A stretch of 16,802 nt of DNA from a virus (lineage: Duplodnaviria; Heunggongvirae; Uroviricota; Caudoviricetes): the IMG/VR virus record IMGVR_UViG_3300032330_001609, positions 197,975-214,776 of that record; one strand, given 5' to 3'. The notes under the pieces were generated by a model that did no database searches, was not told where the DNA came from, and was given only the letters and a program-made list of their open reading frames with translations. A program made the translations under genes and the position numbers. Shown here one piece after another: positions 14,444 through 16,802 of this stretch (position 1 is its first letter; each line of letters starts with the position of its first letter).

Positions 14444-14612
14444 GATTTTAAGAAGCTTACATACCTTATGGTTAAGAGGTGGTATTACATCCGAAACAGT
14501 TTCAATATTATTAAAAAATCAATGTGGGATTATTTTAACCTCATTAACACAAGACGAAATCAATGGAGAAACAACAGACGGAACAACAAAATACCGAATC
14601 GGTAGAGAATAA
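14421..14612 (+). CDS. Hypothetical protein
   Basis: 63-aa ORF overlapping both neighbours. Confidence 0.55.
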   Translation: MNEASEFEILRSLHTLWLRGGITSETVSILLKNQCGIILTSLTQDEINGETTDGTTKYRIGRE

Positions 14613-14931
14613 TTACTTTAAGAAAAATAAAGTAAAAATTAAGAAAATTGTAAAGGAGTATGAAACCGCCTCAAACAAAGAAGTTTGGGAAGGCGTAAGA
14701 GACAATTTTACCTTTGGGTTCTTAGGTGCTACATTAGTAGTTTTTATTGCTACACGGACAGATGTTGCAGTTTTATTGGGTTATTTAATATATTACTTCT
14801 TTATGGGTAAAATTGTAAACCGACCAAAATATGTAACAGACTTGGGTAAATTAATTGTGTTCCCTATACCATCTGCTTTGGGTGCATTTACCGGATATAA
14901 ATTAAGTTATATTTTATTACATTTGATATAA
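14563..14931 (+). CDS. Putative membrane protein
   Basis: Several hydrophobic segments in the C-terminal half; last gene before a terminator. Confidence 0.7.
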   Translation: MEKQQTEQQNTESVENNYFKKNKVKIKKIVKEYETASNKEVWEGVRDNFTFGFLGATLVVFIATRTDVAVLLGYLIYYFFMGKIVNRPKYVTDLGKLIVFPIPSALGAFTGYKLSYILLHLI

Positions 14932-14955
14932 AAAAAACCGACTGATGTCGGTTTT
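14931..14955. terminator. Bidirectional intrinsic terminator
   Basis: AAAACCGAC-tgat-GTCGGTTTT between convergent genes. Confidence 0.78.
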
Positions 14956-14961
14956 GTTGTT

Positions 14962-15720
14962 TTATGCTAAATTCAAATTAGTACTTGTCATAACTGAGGC
15001 GACTTTATCTTGATTTACTAATGAGGTGTTTTTTCTATCAGCAATTGCTTGGTTAATTAATTCACTATCTGATTTACCTGACTTAACACCGTCCTCTAAA
15101 CTTTTTGCAAATTTCTTAAAAAATCCGGGACCATTCCAACTAGCATACGAGAAGTGCATTAATAATCTATCATTAGCCTCAACACGTTTTTTAAGTTCGG
15201 GTGAGAAATAATTCTGTGAATTAGTGTCATATTGATGTTTCATTATTTTAGCAGCTAAAGTTTTCAAGGTGTCCTCAAGTTGACCCCCCTTGTAATTCCA
15301 TTTCCAAGTATTACAAAACTGTTGCATACCTAAATCATTTTTTTCTTTATCAATAAGTCTAAAAAATTCTTTACCCTCAGGAGTGCTTTCAATATTACCG
15401 TTATATCTATCGAGACCAAACATAGTTTCAGTTGATTTACCCATTCCTTTAGTTTGATGTCCACATTTAGGATTCCAATAACCACCTTCAAAGTTATCAA
15501 TAACTTTTTTGGTAACGTTTATCCATTTAGAATCTACAGACCCGGTACTTGTATCATCTAAATATGAATCACCTTTTGAATTTTCAGTTGACCCGGTACT
15601 TGGAGTCATAAATTTTTCAAACGCTTTAATTAAAAAATCATCATCGTCTTGTTCATTAATATTATATAACCCTTTAATTTGGATTTTTTCTTCTTCAGTT
15701 AAAATAAATTTTTTACTCAT
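14962..15720 (-). CDS. Putative GH108-like/lysozyme-fold peptidoglycan hydrolase with N-terminal extension
   Basis: VIDNFEGGY followed by ETMFGLDR resembles the GH108 EGGY...T.YGI signature. Confidence 0.55.
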   Translation of the reverse strand: MSKKFILTEEEKIQIKGLYNINEQDDDDFLIKAFEKFMTPSTGSTENSKGDSYLDDTSTGSVDSKWINVTKKVIDNFEGGYWNPKCGHQTKGMGKSTETMFGLDRYNGNIESTPEGKEFFRLIDKEKNDLGMQQFCNTWKWNYKGGQLEDTLKTLAAKIMKHQYDTNSQNYFSPELKKRVEANDRLLMHFSYASWNGPGFFKKFAKSLEDGVKSGKSDSELINQAIADRKNTSLVNQDKVASVMTSTNLNLA

Positions 15721-15757
15721 AGTAATATTTTATATATAAATAGTAAGTAAGTTTGAT

Positions 15758-15771
15758 ATATTTATAAATAT
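15758..15771. promoter_or_regulatory. 14-bp palindrome ATATTTATAAATAT in a divergent intergenic region
   Basis: Identical to 5460-5473 and in the same position relative to the ATG. Confidence 0.5.
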
Positions 15772-16159
15772 GAAAGTAACGATTAAACATAACGATTCTG
15801 ATGTTCCAAAAGAAAATTATTCATTTTTTGATGATTTTATTAAATACTTACAAAAAAAGTACCCATTAAAAAATGATTTAACAATAATTTTTGTTGGTGA
15901 AAGAAAAGGGTCAATGACATCCGGTCAACGTAATGACAAAGATGAATTATTGATATTATCTAAAGGAAGAATGAATCGTGACATTTTAAGAACACTTGCT
16001 CACGAATGGTATCACGAATATGATAGAACTGTATTAGGTAGTCCTAAAGGTCCGGATATTGGAGGACATAGTGAAGATGATGCTAATGCTGAGGCGGGAA
16101 AAGTTCTTAAACAATATGAAAAATCAAATCCTAAAAATGAAAAAAAGATGTATAAATAA
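15770..16159 (+). CDS. HExxH zinc metallopeptidase-like protein (ImmA/IrrE- or SprT-like)
   Basis: TLAHEWYH followed by SEDDANAEAG (downstream Glu ligand pattern). Confidence 0.65.
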   Translation: MKVTIKHNDSDVPKENYSFFDDFIKYLQKKYPLKNDLTIIFVGERKGSMTSGQRNDKDELLILSKGRMNRDILRTLAHEWYHEYDRTVLGSPKGPDIGGHSEDDANAEAGKVLKQYEKSNPKNEKKMYK

Positions 16160-16720
16160 TTATACATCTTTTATATACACCCAATTTTTCTGATAGTTTT
16201 TATTGTTAACACAGAACGATGCGTATCCATTAACGATTGGTCTCCCGGTATTATAGTAACCACAAACTAATTTCCAATTACCATACCTATTATGTAACTG
16301 ATGGAGTAATTTCATACTAGTTCTAATATTGAGGTCAATATTATTTTTCAGGTTCTTTTTTGAAATTTTTTGATTATGAACATCATTTGCTGTTGCCGGC
16401 ATAATTTGCATTGGGCCGACAGCACCAACACAGGAAGTTTGACCCGGTTTATATTTCCAATCAAACGGACCTTTGTATCTTGTTTCTAAATAAGCAACGT
16501 TAAATGCTATATGTTTTGGTATTTCATAGATATCTGAGTAATGGTCGATTAACTCATACATCTTTAACGGAGTTGGGGAACTCAAATCTGAGTCCCCCAA
16601 TTTAGAAAGTTCAATACTTGGATTTTTCTCCACTTTATTGTTCATAATTTTGAACGAAGTTGTTAACACAATCATCGACAGAATTAATGTTGTAAATAAG
16701 ATAATTCCACGTAATTTCAT
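16160..16720 (-). CDS. Lytic transglycosylase (SLT domain) with N-terminal hydrophobic anchor
   Basis: AYLET (catalytic Glu), GAVGPMQIMPATA, YYNTG. Start moved to ATG 16720 (MKLRGIILFTTLILSMIVL). Confidence 0.85.
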   Translation of the reverse strand: MKLRGIILFTTLILSMIVLTTSFKIMNNKVEKNPSIELSKLGDSDLSSPTPLKMYELIDHYSDIYEIPKHIAFNVAYLETRYKGPFDWKYKPGQTSCVGAVGPMQIMPATANDVHNQKISKKNLKNNIDLNIRTSMKLLHQLHNRYGNWKLVCGYYNTGRPIVNGYASFCVNNKNYQKNWVYIKDV

Positions 16721-16802
16721 AGTTTTTATTTTATAGTTGATGTCGCAACAGTATTGTTTTGACCCCATACGTTTTTGGCGTATAGCTTAAAAATAGTTTT
16801 CC

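Noticed and set aside
498-15739. Numerous shadow ORFs in the track (e.g. 498-689, 1323-1505, 1858-2109, 2536-2775, 5094-5282, 5767-5955, 6871-7122, 8888-9668, 10375-11328, 13631-13981, 15026-15739)
   Set aside because: They lie antisense to better-supported genes, have atypical composition and show no motifs.

Overview
AT-rich, gene-dense window of mostly small hypothetical ORFs in tightly overlapping operons. It is most likely part of a large lytic phage infecting Bacteroidota. This is an inference from Bacteroidota-type TTTG-N20-TAnnTTTG promoters, A-rich starts with no obvious Shine-Dalgarno, a Bacteroidota-type ClpP, a DUF2452-like gene and lipobox proteins. Recognisable genes: thymidylate synthase with large inserts, ClpP, a stand-alone tail collar domain, an SGNH hydrolase, a cupin, a SAM methyltransferase, a GH108-like muramidase, an SLT transglycosylase and an HExxH peptidase. 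The standout feature is a CRISPR-like array at 11686-11985: four near-identical 36-nt repeats plus a degenerate fifth, separated by unrelated spacers of exactly 30 nt. It lies in frame inside a protein-coding gene, so each 66-nt unit adds 12 constant and 10 variable residues, and no cas gene is visible in the window. Its antisense repeat resembles type VI-B (Cas13b) repeats. A paralogous gene (1269-3041) carries about 20 decayed units of the same 12+10 design, suggesting spacer-acquisition-like growth of coding sequences. Other oddities are a free-standing copy of the thyA insert domain, an orphan MqsA-like antitoxin N-terminal domain, a 19-bp duplication of the thyA start and a CTAG-rich palindrome. 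No database searches were run; family assignments come from motif recognition.
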